In this document: positions 37,389 to 50,300 of the stretch, in pieces
Layout of the letters: each line of letters starts with the position of its first letter
Position numbering within the stretch: the first letter of the stretch is position 1
From: Monocercomonoides exilis PA203
Taxonomy: Eukaryota > Protista > Preaxostyla
Assembly: GCA_001643675.2 (NCBI GenBank)
Contig: LSRY02000009.1
Coordinates: 1,364,001 to 1,428,000, forward strand
Direction: 5' to 3'
DNA: 64,000 nucleotides
Made by a program: the position numbers and the translations under genes
Notes under the pieces: model-generated
Database searches by the model: none
What the model was told of the DNA's origin: nothing
Seen by the model: the letters and a program-made list of their open reading frames with translations, nothing else

Positions 37389-37870
37389 TCTATATTTTTG
37401 ATTGTTTCCTTTCCTCATGCAAATTGTGGAATGAAGAATTTGCTGGACTTATAAACAGCCCTGTTCAAGTATTTCGAGCATCAAGGGACAATCACAAAGG
37501 AATTCGCTATGGATGCCTCTATTCACTAAAATATGCAGCAGAAAAGAGAAATATGGAAATCGATGCTTTTGTGAAGGAAGGTGCTGTAGATCTCTTTTTG
37601 GAGGAAATGAAGCAATCAACTTTGGAAGGTGAAGTTTCTTGGGATTGTTTGAGTTTCTTTTTGAGTATTTCAGAAAGAATGAAAGCCAAGAAGAATAATG
37701 AAATGGAAGAAGCGAAAAGAAAGGCAATAAAAATGGAGATATATGAAAAGATGGAAGAAGAAGGATACGAAGATATCATTGCAAGCTTTCATGGAATATT
37801 TTCTTTTCTATGCAAAAATGGTTGCAATGAATTATCGATGGATATTTCTGAATATTTTATCAATGTTTAA
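37389..37870 (+). pseudogene. Helical-repeat family, C-terminal fragment abutting DIRS B
   Basis: 'KEGAVDLFLEEM...YEKMEEEGYEDIIASF'. The listed ORF start lies inside the DIRS ITR. Confidence 0.6.
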
Positions 37871-39199
37871 CTTAATTCAATTCTTTTTATTTTTACACTC
37901 AAAAAACTGTCTTTTGCAATTTTCATCATTTCGCAAAATTACAAAAAAATGGATTGAAGAATTTTCATTAATGTTTTATTACCTTTTTCAAATAATAAAT
38001 AATCAAAAAAAATCCTGACTTTTCTTTATCACCATCAATAACAGTCATTGAATGAATACTTGCATCATGTCTTCTTCAAGAAGAGCCATTTTTTATTAGA
38101 AAAACTCATCTGTTCAGTTATTACATCTTGTAGTTTCTGGTAAATTTTGATTTTACTCTTTCTCTTCGCATTCTCGATGAATTCGAGAAGAAGAAGAAAT
38201 GAAATGACAATTCTTGGGAATAATACGAAAGCATTAATGAAGAAATGCTTGTTGAAGAATACAGATTTCGACTTCATGAGTTCTATATGTAATATGGCTG
38301 GAAAAGAATTCAATCCAATGCTCCAATTCAGAATGGGAATTACAGAACAAGTCAATCAGAATTAATTGCTCTTCACATTCTTCTCTTTTTTATCCAGTTT
38401 TTCATATCTCTTTGTTTTTTTCTTTATTTTTGAAGCCCTTCACTTTTTTTTCATTGCTTTTATCTCTTCTTGAATAATAACACTTGTCTCTTTCATTTCA
38501 TCTCAAAATGCAATTCTTCAAATTTCACTCAAATTCCATTTCTTTCTCTTTCTCCTCCTTTTTCTTTCATCATTCTGTTTTCATCTGCCTTTTTCTTATT
38601 GTTGGAGAAGAAGAAGATACCTCATTCACATTCTTTTCCAACAAAATCATCCAAAAATTATTCTTCAGTTGTATTTTTCTCTTCTTCTGCTTTGGTGTCG
38701 CATTAACTGCGGATGCAATTTAACTCTTTTGGTTTTGCTTACGGGCAAGTGAGGCACTTACCCTTTCGCTTCTCCGCTGAGAAGCTCAATTGTGATGTGC
38801 TTGATCTGTTTGAGAAACAATTCTGAAGAGAGGAAAAGATTTTGCTCCAACTCCGAACTCGCCTGCATAAACACAGCATTGATGCACAGAATGAGAGAAC
38901 GAATAACGCAAATAACGCATCTAGAAAAATTTTAAGACATGCAAATAATTCGGGTCAACCTGTTGAATATCTTGGACACGAAAAATCAAAGAAGCAAGCA
39001 CAGATGAAGATGAAGATGATGAGGAGGATGATGAAAATGACGAAGATAAAGAAAGAAACCATGAACTTTTTCCAGCAGGTCTCATTTAAGTCAAAAATGT
39101 CGAAGGTGTTGCTGAAGAAGTGGTTGTTATTGGTTCAATGCCTGTGGCTGTTTTCACTTCTTCCATGTGCTGTTTGAATTCAAACTGTTCAAACAGTCA

Positions 39200-41500
39200 T
39201 CTCATGTTCACAAAAAACATGATTGAGAAGAGCTGCCCTTCTTGAAAGAAGCTCAGCCGTCTCGTCAGCACATTCTCATCCACACTGACCATCTCGTCGT
39301 GTTTTGATTTCATACGAAAAGGTCCATCGAAGTTGAATTTGTGAGCATGTATCTTTATTAAGAGGAGAAAGTTGCTTCAGCGGAGATAGTTGGGGAGGTA
39401 GAGGATGCATTGCGAAAAGACGAAAAAACTGTGTTGCTTATGATGCATGCAAAGATAGAGACAGATGGCTCCAGCAAATTATTTCTTTCAGCTTTGTCGA
39501 TTGAATCTTTCTTAGAAGCTAGAGTTTTAGGCTCCATTCGTCCACCAGCTGCTTCTGCTCAAAGATGAGAATGTGTTCCAAAAACAGTGTGAGATGTCTG
39601 CGTCGCTCAACTGACGCAAACTCTTGTGTCTTAGGATCTCTGGATCGACCTGTGTTGTGTATCCCAGGAAGCTGCTGGCAAAGGAATCTTCCTCCAGAGT
39701 CCCTACAGCAGAAGAAGTTCCAACAGAACTCATTCGTTGTTGAACTCATCCCACTGGAGCGGATCGTTTTTCTCCAACACAAATGAGATGTTGTGTCCAG
39801 CATTGACTTTCCTTGAAAAGCTGATAATGCCCTGAAGATTGTGTTTGGTGAAGCTCTCTGTTCGCAGCTTGTCCCTGCTTTCGTTGTTATGAAATGCCTG
39901 ATAATTCTTCAGATTTTCTTTACAGCAAATTGATTCCATGATAATCGCCTTTTCAATTTCAGAAAACCGCTTTTAACCGCCAAGCTATTCTTCCATTGCC
40001 TGCATCACTTCCAACGTGAACTTCAGAAGTCCAAGTCCTCCTCAATAAGAACTTCAATTTTTTGTTGTTATTCACTCTTGTCAAAGAAAGCAGCTAGTTA
40101 TCAAATTGTGTTATGAGGATAATCAGAATGTTCGGCATGTCTCTCGGGAATATCCTGTGGATTGTATCCGCCACGATAGCTTTCCGAACTCGTCGAATTC
40201 GTTCTTTTTGATTTTTGACCAAGCCACTTTCGATGCAAACCACTTTTTCAGGCTCCTCTTCCCTTTTTTTTCTTCTTCCAGTCCATAAAAACCATCGAAA
40301 TGCCACTGCCCGTGCCCGTTCCTGCAGATATGCATGTTCATCGTCAGATCCTTCAGAACGCGTTGGAATGAATTTGAAGCTTCTGCCCAATAAAAGTGCA
40401 TCTTTAACTTATACGCAAAGAGCATGAAGTACTCATTAATCTTGCAGCTCACGACATTCGCCATGTTCTTCCTCTTTGAAAGAGATGAATATCCAGAAAT
40501 TCCTTTGCATCGATTACTTCCTTCGAGTTCGGGTTCAATCAGCTTCCTGAATAAATAAAAAACGGCTATTAACACAGTACTATTCTGCGCTTTCTCCTCG
40601 TATGTCACGCTGCGCTTCCACATCTTCGATATGGGTTGTTATTTTTGAAATCATAACTTTTTTCGGTGTGTTTTATTTATCTTTTTCTTTTGAAAATGGA
40701 TTGAAAATTTTCATTAACATATTTTTTGAATTGAAATTGTGACAAAATCAATCGTTTTTGCAAAAATCTAGATAAAAATATCTTTTTTGTGCCTTTTCCA
40801 TTTTCAGTATTCTTTTGTTGATATTCAAAAGAAAGATTCGAACCGAATTTTTTGAAAGAAAAAATATGTTTTCAAAAATAATCACCCATATCTTCGTTTC
40901 CAGTTCATTCTGCAAGATTGAGCTTATTCCTATGCTCTTCTGCCACTAACGAAACGCATCCACATGCAAAGGTTGCGCAAGCTTCTCCAGTGCACTTCCC
41001 TGAAGTTGTTCGCTTTTTTAGAAAAAATACCAAAAGCGTAGCTACGTTTGCACAAATAGCTTTTCAAGCGTGTTGAATATGTTGTTCAGCGCTCTTGTTT
41101 AAACTATATCTTGCATTTGGACTCTTCATTCTTTTCTACTTTCTTTTTCTTCCTGTGTAACTTCGCAAGCTGTCTGAATTACGTGACGTGGAAAAACGGC
41201 AATGTGTTCTTTTCTTTCATTTCAAAATGACTTTTCTGATCTCTTCATCTCTCACAAAATAGCTCTGAATGATTTCTTCTTTAAAGCCACTAAAAGAGAA
41301 TGGCACAAGGCAAACTTGCTTTGTGAATCGCTCCAAGTGACAATAGAGATCAAACATGAAGCAGACGAAGCAGAAGAGCGAAATTGTATCTTTATCCCAG
41401 TTATTCCAAAGGATAAATGCATAAATTGCAGCTGAATTGAATCCATCAACAAGCTTGCCCATCCACAAATTACCAATGAGCATCAAGTCAAACATCTTCT
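39200..41500 (-). pseudogene. Degraded host gene of unknown function, interrupted by MITE 40633-40887
   Basis: Removing the MITE and one ATAT restores the frame 'LQNELETKISKMWKRS'. Confidence 0.45.
40633..40887. mobile_element. 255-bp MITE (family M), 4-bp TSD ATAT
   Basis: ATAT|GGGTTGTTATTTTTGAAATCATA...TATGTTTTCAAAAATAATCACCC|ATAT. Confidence 0.88.
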
Positions 41501-42861
41501 CAGGCAGTTATAGCCTCCTTTTATTTTGATTTATTTTTGCCTGTTTTCTCATGTTTGTTTTTTCGGTTTGATTGGTTTCGCTATAAACCTTAGAAAACTC
41601 ATTCAGAATGAATGTCAGCTCCAATGAGACAGGAAGAATATGCAACTGGCTCTTCTTTGTGAGAGCATTCAGAGAGGACGATGAAGAAGAAGGAGAGGAG
41701 TGAGAAAGTGGAAAAAGAGGAGGAAGAGGAAGAAGATATTTGGGGTGTGAGTAATATTCTGTTTGAATGAGAAGAGCTGTCTGGCAATGTCGAAGCTAAA
41801 GCAGAAGGAAAAAAGAACAATGAATTCACATTTAATACAGATGAAATGGCATTAATGGTGGTGAAGATGGAGATTGAGAAGAAGAAGAAGAAGAAGAAGA
41901 AGAAGAAAAAGCATATGATGATGATGACGACGACAAATGAAATGAATAAGATGATTGAATGTCGAGAAATGAGAAGAGAAACGAATAAATCAACAGCAGA
42001 GAAGTTCAGTGAGGTTGATCTTCAGTTTTTTTCCCCTTCAATTTTCGAAGTTCTTCTGGCAACAGCTTTCTCCCATCATGTCATTCGTTCCCTCCAATCC
42101 TCTTTCTCACACTTGTGAAAACAAAAAAATATTTGACAATCACTGTTTTCTTCCTTTTCAATCGATCTTTTTCTCTTTCGCTTTCACTTCCTTGTTTCCT
42201 TCAAATTGTCACTAATTTAAAATTAGTCTTCTTCAAAGCCCAGAACAACACATCTTCTATCAATTTTCCACTTCTTCAATCTTCTTTTCAGTCTCGCTTT
42301 TCAATTTTTCTTCTTCTTCCCTTTTTTAAAAAATTCAATTCATCGTTCTTTCAAATTTCTGAATGAAAAAACCGATTCAAAAATTACAAAAAACAGCAGA
42401 AACCCTTCAGAAAATAATTTTTGGCCATTTTCAATATTTTTTCCTTGGCAACAGTTCAAATAAATTCAAATTCATTAGGAAAGAAAATCGAATATCAATT
42501 CCTTCTCTTCTAATTGAGAACAACGATCTATGGGTATTCGCCCGTGAGGATCAAGGTTGTGAAAGGGGAAAATTTGAAATGCAATTTTCAATCTCACAAC
42601 AACTTAACCTTTAACCGACAATTGGAAAAAACGGGTTAACCGATAATACAAGCGTTATCACATACTTTATTAACTCGAAGATAAGGAACAAACAAGAACA
42701 ACATTGCTCGAGACACTTATTTTCAGGGTTGGGAGTGAAACGGTGGTGGTCCAAAGAGAAGGAATTGATGTTCGATTTTCTTTTCTAATAAAAGTGCATA
42801 AGCACCTTTATTGTCAAGAAAATCTTCTATCAATTCCTTCTCTTATTATTGAGAACCTAAG

Positions 42862-44736
42862 TTAATTGGGAGATGATGAGACCATCATCAGCACATCTAT
42901 TGTGATCGTCCTTTGCTTTTCCTCTGTTTCCTTCCTTGTTTGTTCCCTTGTTCTGATTATAAACTCTTTTCCCTGTGCTGACGTATCTCTATTTCCTTCG
43001 GTGAGCTTTTCAATTCTTGTGGGCTTCATCGGCTGCTCTTCCTTTCTTCTTTGTTCTGAACTCTCTCGTTGACAAACGGAGCTATTGGCTTGTGAACTTG
43101 CGGCTTTCTCATTTCCGTTTCTCTTCTTTGTTTCGGATCTTCTGCATATGGCTGTGCTATTTGCATCCTCTCTATCCGCTCTTTCTTCTTGATCGTTTGT
43201 TGCAGAGGCAATGACACGGGCCATTGATGATGCAAGATTTGATCGAGAATAATGTTTGACCAACGTATTTGTTTGTGGGGACAATTGTGCAAACTTTGCC
43301 ACTTGTTCTGGGGGAATTCCTGCCATCGTCAGTGCTGAAAGGCTTGCTGCTTTGATCGAGTTTGGTGTGAATCTCTTGGGCACTCCTGCAACATATATTG
43401 CTTCCTTTGCAAGCTTCCGAATTCCTTCGACAGCCAACGGGTGGAAGTTCTCTATGTTCAAAAGTGACTTGTTTGCGTGTTTATTTTTCTCTTGAACTCT
43501 CTTCCTCAATTCCTGGATGGCTGATGCAGGACATATCAAACTCAGTTCTGGCAAGAATGGATCAGCATTCTCCATATTTGTGCTTGAGATCTTCAACTTT
43601 GTGTCCAAATACATACCTTCCTCCTCGAACCTGCTTTCAAACATATTGATCCTCTCAAGCTCCGTGAATCTGCAAGCAGAAAACAACACAGTTTGGACGA
43701 TAACCTTCATGGTAAGCTGTTTGAAACTTAATCCTTCATTTGGTTCCAGTCCAGAAAAGAACTCAAGCACTATTCGAGGATTCCAAATATCTCCTGTCTT
43801 CTTTTTGCTTGACTCGTCTGTCCTTCGGAATGATCTGAAAAGGGTACGAATGATAGGTATATCTCCAAGGAAAGAAGAGAACACAATGTTGGAGGAAAGC
43901 GATATTGCTGCCCTTGTCAACTGAAGGCAAGTTAATTTCATGCCACCGTTCCTAAGCGATAGAAACACATTTTTACAACATGCGGCCCACTCCTGAATAG
44001 ACTCCGGTATTCTTCCATGTCCACACTCTCTCCATTGTTTTCCAAAATGAGCAAATCCATACAGATACCCTCGCCATGTGCTCCTGGATATGCCTGCTCT
44101 GCACTCTTCTGCTAACGAGAAAGGGATTGATTTTTGTTCCAATGCATCCCTCCACCATTGTTCTCCATCGCGTAAGGTGCATTCAGCCAGATTATCCTCA
44201 ATCGACCTGGTGGAAGACTCGCACCTGTCCATTGCATCGATGGACCCTTCCGCAGAACCTCCTTCTGATTCTTCCAAGTCCATTCCAAATGGTGAATGGA
44301 TCTTAACAAGCTCTCCCAATTCTGTCCCTTCCAATTCGGCAGGAGTAAAATCACTTGTGCTTTCTCCTGCCGTGCTTTCTGGATCGTTGGAATCACAAGA
44401 GGGATCGATGGATGAGCTAACACGACTTCGTTCTTCCGGGGAAACATCAGTCCGTCTTCTGCGAGCTGACTCCCTACTCCGCACCATCTTCCCACTTTGC
44501 TGTTGTGTTGCGCTGCAAACGCGTCCAGCGTTGGAGCAATGTTGAGTTTTATCATAATTCTTTCCAATACCTCGTCCCGAACCTCGTAGTCTCCTGCTCT
44601 CTCCAGTCGTGATAACGCATCTGCTCTTGTGTTCAGAACACCTGGAACATGTGATGCTCTCAACTCTATGCCTAGATCTTGTTTCAGTCTCCATAATTTC
44701 CTCAGCACTGGTCGAAGCCTCTTCCCTGCATTCCAT
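42862..44736 (-). CDS. DIRS tyrosine recombinase ORF (624 aa, open, catalytic set non-canonical)
   Basis: Uninterrupted ORF with R ('ACRFTE'), 'NSIK' at the HxxR position and Tyr in 'KHY'. The N-terminal third overlaps RNase H/MT in another frame. Confidence 0.85.
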   Translation of the reverse strand: MECREEASTSAEEIMETETRSRHRVESITCSRCSEHKSRCVITTGESRRLRGSGRGIGKNYDKTQHCSNAGRVCSATQQQSGKMVRSRESARRRRTDVSPEERSRVSSSIDPSCDSNDPESTAGESTSDFTPAELEGTELGELVKIHSPFGMDLEESEGGSAEGSIDAMDRCESSTRSIEDNLAECTLRDGEQWWRDALEQKSIPFSLAEECRAGISRSTWRGYLYGFAHFGKQWRECGHGRIPESIQEWAACCKNVFLSLRNGGMKLTCLQLTRAAISLSSNIVFSSFLGDIPIIRTLFRSFRRTDESSKKKTGDIWNPRIVLEFFSGLEPNEGLSFKQLTMKVIVQTVLFSACRFTELERINMFESRFEEEGMYLDTKLKISSTNMENADPFLPELSLICPASAIQELRKRVQEKNKHANKSLLNIENFHPLAVEGIRKLAKEAIYVAGVPKRFTPNSIKAASLSALTMAGIPPEQVAKFAQLSPQTNTLVKHYSRSNLASSMARVIASATNDQEERADREDANSTAICRRSETKKRNGNEKAASSQANSSVCQRESSEQRRKEEQPMKPTRIEKLTEGNRDTSAQGKEFIIRTREQTRKETEEKQRTITIDVLMMVSSSPN

Positions 44737-46165
44737 CTGTTTATATTGAACACCACTGATGTGTTGTCCGATCTTAGGTGAAGAAAGGACACATGATGTT
44801 CTTGAAGGATTGGAAAGAATTGACTGAGAGCAAGTTAGACTTCCATCAGTTCACTGAAATTAGACTATTGTTTCCTCACTCATTGAGAGGAAATGAATTG
44901 TGTGCATCGAGGAGATGGTCGTTCAGGAGAAGTGATGCTCACCATGCCGTCTCCGATGCATCTGTTGTAAGAGTCGCATCCGGGGAAAATACTGGGATAA
45001 GCCTGCGTCTTGGGCGTGCTCTCAACTTCGATATCCATTGTCGAATCTGCTGAAGGATTGAAGCATTCAACCTCAATTTGCCTTTCCATCCACTTTCCTT
45101 TATTCATTTCTGGAGCATACGATGCACGGAGTACTGCCATAGAGTGGAGTCTGGCTGAACAAACCGGACAGAGTTGAGTTTTCTGGTTATAGAAGCAAGA
45201 TCTTTCGCTTTCACTATTCTCGCTTTCACACAGTAATTTTCCCATCTGCGACACAAGCGAGTCAGTGCTTCTCTTCTGTCTCCTGCAAGCTGAACCTTCA
45301 TCTTCGACGAGTCCCACTCGAAGCCAAGGAGAGAAAGCCTTCTTCTTGGTATCAACTGGCTTTTCTCCTGGTTCACCAAAAGACCTAAATCCTCCAGAAA
45401 CCTGATAATCTCTTTGGCGGCCTGTGCAAAGTTTTCCTTGTTCTCGTGTAACATAAGGAAATCGTCCAAACACGCGATTACCCGAACATCCCATCGTTTC
45501 CTGATTTCTGAAGTCACCTTCCTCATCGCGTGCGTGAAAATTCTCGGAGCGTCTACGAAACAAAACGGCATTCCTTTGAATGTGTGGTCTTTTCCAGAAT
45601 ATCTGAAAGCAAAATACGGTCTTAGGTCTTTTTATTCGGGAAGAAGATAGTGAGCTTGTTGTAAATCCATTGTAACTGCGTAATCTTGTCCTCTCAACAC
45701 ACTCCCCACTGTCTTTTCGTTGTCGCATTTGAAGTGTGTCTTTATCAAGGCTGCGTCCAATCTCCTGCAGTCCAGTATCTGCCTCCATGCTCCCGATTTC
45801 TTTCTGATCAAGAACACGTTGTTTCTGTGCCTCACATCTTCTGGCCTTGTCTCCTCCACAATTTCTGTCTCTATCTGCTCCTTCAATAGATCTGCGAACG
45901 CCTTTCTTTGTTCTTCGTTTGAGTGCACGGCTCCATCTCTGAATGGCATATCCCTTAGCTTCCTTCTCATGTGTTTGCTTTTCCACATCGCTTGCACGCC
46001 CTGTTTGATCAACTTGGCACCATCAATTCTTTCCCAAGCTTCTATGAAAAACTCTGTTCTTCCTCCAATCCTTGTCCTGACTGTGGCTCCTTTCCTCACT
46101 CCATCTTCCCTCTCCATTGTTGACCCCGACTTCGGCTGTAGTGTCTCCAGTTCGTTGTGGCCCAT
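44112..46165 (-). pseudogene. DIRS A copy 2 pol (RT-RNase H-MT), same lesions as copy 1
   Basis: ORF pieces 45632-46165, 45104-45571 and 44112-44792. Confidence 0.9.
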
Positions 46166-48356
46166 CCAACTCTCTGCCGCTTTCCTCCTCGTGCAGCCTG
46201 TGAGCGGGGTTTTCTCCGAAAAAACTGTGAGCCCCAGATCTTTCTTGGACCAGTGTAATATCTTCTTGGGAGCTTCTGTGTTGTTGAGTTCATCTCTCCT
46301 TTAGACCATAAGGAAATTGCTGACTTTCTGCTCGTTGACTTCACGTGTGTTGAGGAGCTTGTAGTTAATCTTGTCTCCTTTAAAATCTACTCTTGCCGTT
46401 CGGTCAATTATCCTGTCACATTCTCTGATTTCATTCGCTCCGCCATCCGAAAACCAAATCTTCCTTGTAGCCTGGTTGTTCTCGCCTCCTGTGAAGCCTT
46501 CGCTATAAGGAGCAGCGCATCAGCACCCCTTCGTGCACTTTCCCGATGAGGGTCTGAGTCCGCCAAGCTCAGAAGCTGAGCCTTGAAAGCCTGAAACAAA
46601 CACGGCTCTATCCTATATCCCGCAGAATCCAACGCATCATTAAACCAATTGGCTGATTTTTGGCAGAGGGGAGGCGCTGGCAGCAACACTGGGCTGAGAT
46701 CCTGAAGCACATATTTAAATCAACATAAAAGACACATTATGAAACAAAATGTTATAATTGCGGAATGCAAAATTTAAATCAGAATTTTTCAAAAGTTTAT
46801 GGTGAAATAATAGTGTGATGTGAAAAGTGAGGGAACAACATATAGTTTTGGTGAAAGGAGAACATCCTTCAATCAAACTCATCATTCATCCCATATATTT
46901 GTCTTTCATTGAAAAAAAACTTCTGCAGAGAAGGCAAACTCCATAATCACCTTGTGAAAGAATTTAGGTAAAGACATAAACCAGTATGAACTTGTCACAT
47001 TCGCGAAAACCCTCAAACCTTATAAACACAATAAAAATGAAAATATTTTTTTAAGGTCTTCGATCACATTGAACAAAGTTCATCAATAATTGTTATAGGT
47101 TTTCATAAATATTAAAATTAAGATTTTCTCATTGTGCATCAATAATGTCATTTCGAATTTATCAAAATTTTGGAGGCTATTTTCAAGGTAACTTTTCATT
47201 ATTGTGTTCTTCTATTTTCCCAAGGTGGGGCAATAATATTTTTTCATTTAGAGAAAAATACAACAAATTGTTCAAAAATTATGTATTTTCCGAATCATCA
47301 TAAGTCTTTCATTTCCATGCATTTTCAAAAAGAAATAATCAAAAATTGAGTGAAACACTGGAAAATTTTTAGTCAAACGAAATTAAGAAAGAAAAAAATT
47401 TTTTACCAGATGCTCTTAATACCGCAAGGTTTATTTTTTTTATTCACTTCCTTTTGTTTAATTTTCTTAAAAAACAAAAAATTCATATTTCGATCAAATT
47501 TCTGTTCGTACTCACGAAACTTCATTAATATGGAAAGAGAACCTAAAGAATGCTATTATTTCCATTTCATAAAAGTTATGAAAGTGTGAACAGAAAATTG
47601 ATGAAAATATGAAATATTTGTCTTATTTGAAAATTGAACAAAAGGAAGTGAACAAAAAAAATTCTCCGCAAATAATAAAAAAATTGTTGAATAATTATCC
47701 ACGTCATAATTATGTTATGTGATAAAGTAGTTTTACGGAATTCAAATAGTTATTATTATGGTGAGGTAAAAAATGCATTTTTTTGTTTAAAAAAACTTTT
47801 TGGTTTTCAATATTATTTATTTAAGATAATATAGTTTTTTTGTCTGAAAAATGCTTTTCACTCTTTTTCAAAAAAAGTTGTATTCATTTACGAAATAAAA
47901 TTGTTGGTTGATGTTATAATTTAATTTTCCATGCTAAATACAGATTATTAATCAACGTTTCAGAATGATCTTTGGTTATGTCATCTGACTTATCAATCAT
48001 TAAATTTATTTTGGAAATGTCAAATTTGTTTATTCATATTCATGAATCTTCTATTTTGTGCAAAATAAATGAAAAAAATTAACAAAAGAAAACATCTAAT
48101 ATTCAAAAATATATTTCACTATGAATGCACCATCCAATGATTTTCAGAAATGGAAAATAATTAATAAAACTTCAACCAAAATAAAAGAAATAATTTTATA
48201 GGGAGGAAAATACAGACTTTCAAGCATTTTTTGCACGATTAATAAATAAGTTTCGCATATCACAATAGTGAATTTTCAGAGATATTTAAAAAATATCTTT
48301 TGTATTTATTAATCTGCTTGAATAAATTTTGAAATAAATAGAATACGTCTTGCGAA

Positions 48357-48723
48357 GGCCTTTGCGACAGGCAGACTTTTTAACGAAGTATCTCGACAAA
48401 TAGACAGACAATTAAGTCAGGCTAAATTTTTTTTTTTTTAATTTATAATAAAATTACCAAAAGCTGATTTTTACTATTTTGAAATTTCATTATTATTTTG
48501 TACATTCAAAAATTTATTTTCAAATTATAATAAATATTAAATTACATGAACAAAAATTTTCTAATCTAAATTACTAAATGGGTTATCGACAGATCTTTAT
48601 CGAGATCAGTTGGTCGAAATATCGGTCGAACGACAAAAGTCACTCTGTCAAAAATATTTATCTGTTGAATGGATATTCTTTTTTGAAAATATTTCTTTTT
48701 TTCAGAAACAAACTTTAATAACA

Positions 48724-48766
<43 letters not shown>

Positions 48767-48831
48767 ATCTCGACGCAGGTTTTCTTTTTCGACCTATAAG
48801 TTTCTCTAAAAGTTTCCTTTTTGCAAAGGCA
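48357..48831. mobile_element. Probable MITE with GGCCTTTGCGAC-type ends
   Basis: GGCCTTTGCGACAGG...CCTTTTTGCAAAGGCA. A similar right end 'CTCGACACAGG...CCTTGTCGCAAAGGCC' occurs alone at about 8200-8268. No TSD. Confidence 0.45.
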
Positions 48832-48872
48832 TAAGTTTTGTGACTCAAAAAAATTCGAAAAAAGGAATATAT

Positions 48873-49112
48873 GGGTAATTCTTTTTGAAAAGTCGCAAAT
48901 GTTTAATTTTCAAATAAATCAAAAACTTCATATTTGGCTCAAATTTTCGTTGGCATACACTAAACTTCACTAATGTGGAATGTATTTAAGGATGACGCTA
49001 TTTCACACATTCGAAAGAAGATTCATAAGTGGAAACTGAAATTTGAGAAAAATATGAGATTTTTGATTTATTCGAAAACTTAACATTTGTAACTTTTCAA
49101 AAAGAATGACAC
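48873..49112. mobile_element. 240-bp palindromic MITE, 4-bp TSD ATAT
   Basis: ATAT|GGGTAATTCTTTTTGAAAAGT...ACTTTTCAAAAAGAATGACAC|ATAT with arms of about 75 bp. Confidence 0.8.
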
Positions 49113-50300
49113 ATATTTTTCTTCATTTTTATTCAGGCAAGTGGAGTAGATCCTGGTACCAAATGATCATGTCCCAAAATTTTTTAAAAAATATTCAAAA
49201 TATTCTCCAATTAAGCAACTCAGATGGCTCAACATCAGCAAGTCACGATTATGACTAAAATAAGTATTCCACAATTTCCGAAAATGTTTTCAAACGAAAA
49301 AGAAACATTGGAATGGTTGTTTTCGTCTGGGAAAATGGATTCTTTTAGAAAATGCCCTGATGATGGTTCCAATGTGTTGTATTGAAAGTGGATGATATTC
49401 CTAGTCGATTTATATGTTCATTTTGCAAGAAACTATGGTCCATCCGAAAAAACACAGTTTTTGAAGATTCAAAGTTGAAAATAAATCATTTTATGTTGAT
49501 TCCGTTAAGTTTCTGGCTCCATTAAAAAGTTAATCAAACATCTTTGATGTATGGGATAGATAGGCATACTGTAACATTTTATTATTCAGCAATAAGAAGG
49601 ACATTATCTACCATCTTTCTCCGAAATCAGCAACCAATTGGGGGAATTGGCGAGGTTGTTGAAATTGACGTATCATTTTGGTGCAGAAGAAAATATAATC
49701 CAGGTTTCATGATGATTTTATAAAATTTTTTGTTAATTTTTTTTTCAAATTATTAGAGAAACAAAAAAAGTCGATTTGGCTGTTTGGAGCGATCGAAAGA
49801 AAAAAGACCGATGGAAAACACAGAATGGTTGCTCATTTCGTTTAAAATAGAACAAAAAATATTCTCATTCCACTCATTTGTTCTTTAATAAAACCTGGAA
49901 CAACAATTGTGTCTGATGACTGGAGCTCATACAGAACACTGAACCAATTTAGCTTCATTCATTTGGTTGTGGGTTATTCTAAAGGATTCAAAAATAAAGA
50001 TGGTGAAACAACAAATTTAATAGAAGGAGCTTGGTCACACCTTCGCCGTTCAATGCCGAAAACCGGAGCGCGATACCAAGACTTAGAGGAATGTATTTAG
50101 TCTTCAATATATTTGATACATTATGAAATATCTTTTGATCAACTTATCAGCAATTTTGTTAAATATAGAGAATTAGAATATATTGAAGAATTAGAAAAAC
50201 ACACAAACCAGGAAGAATCAGAAAATGAGACAGTATCAATGGATTTAGATACAGATGAAAGTGCAATAACAATTCAATTCGATTCTCCAAGTGTAAGCGA

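Larger units (their letters stand above)
42474..46706 (-). mobile_element. DIRS family A copy 2 (right ITR and ICR present, 5'-truncated in gag)
   Basis: Colinear with 2693-6775 at a constant offset of 39931. Right ITR 42474-42537 is an inverted match to 7125-7185. ICR at 42754-42857. Confidence 0.95.

Noticed and set aside
47400-47700. Another MITE (TTCACTTCCTTTTGTT / AACAAAAGGAAGTGAA inverted pair)
   Set aside because: Ends and TSD could not be defined.
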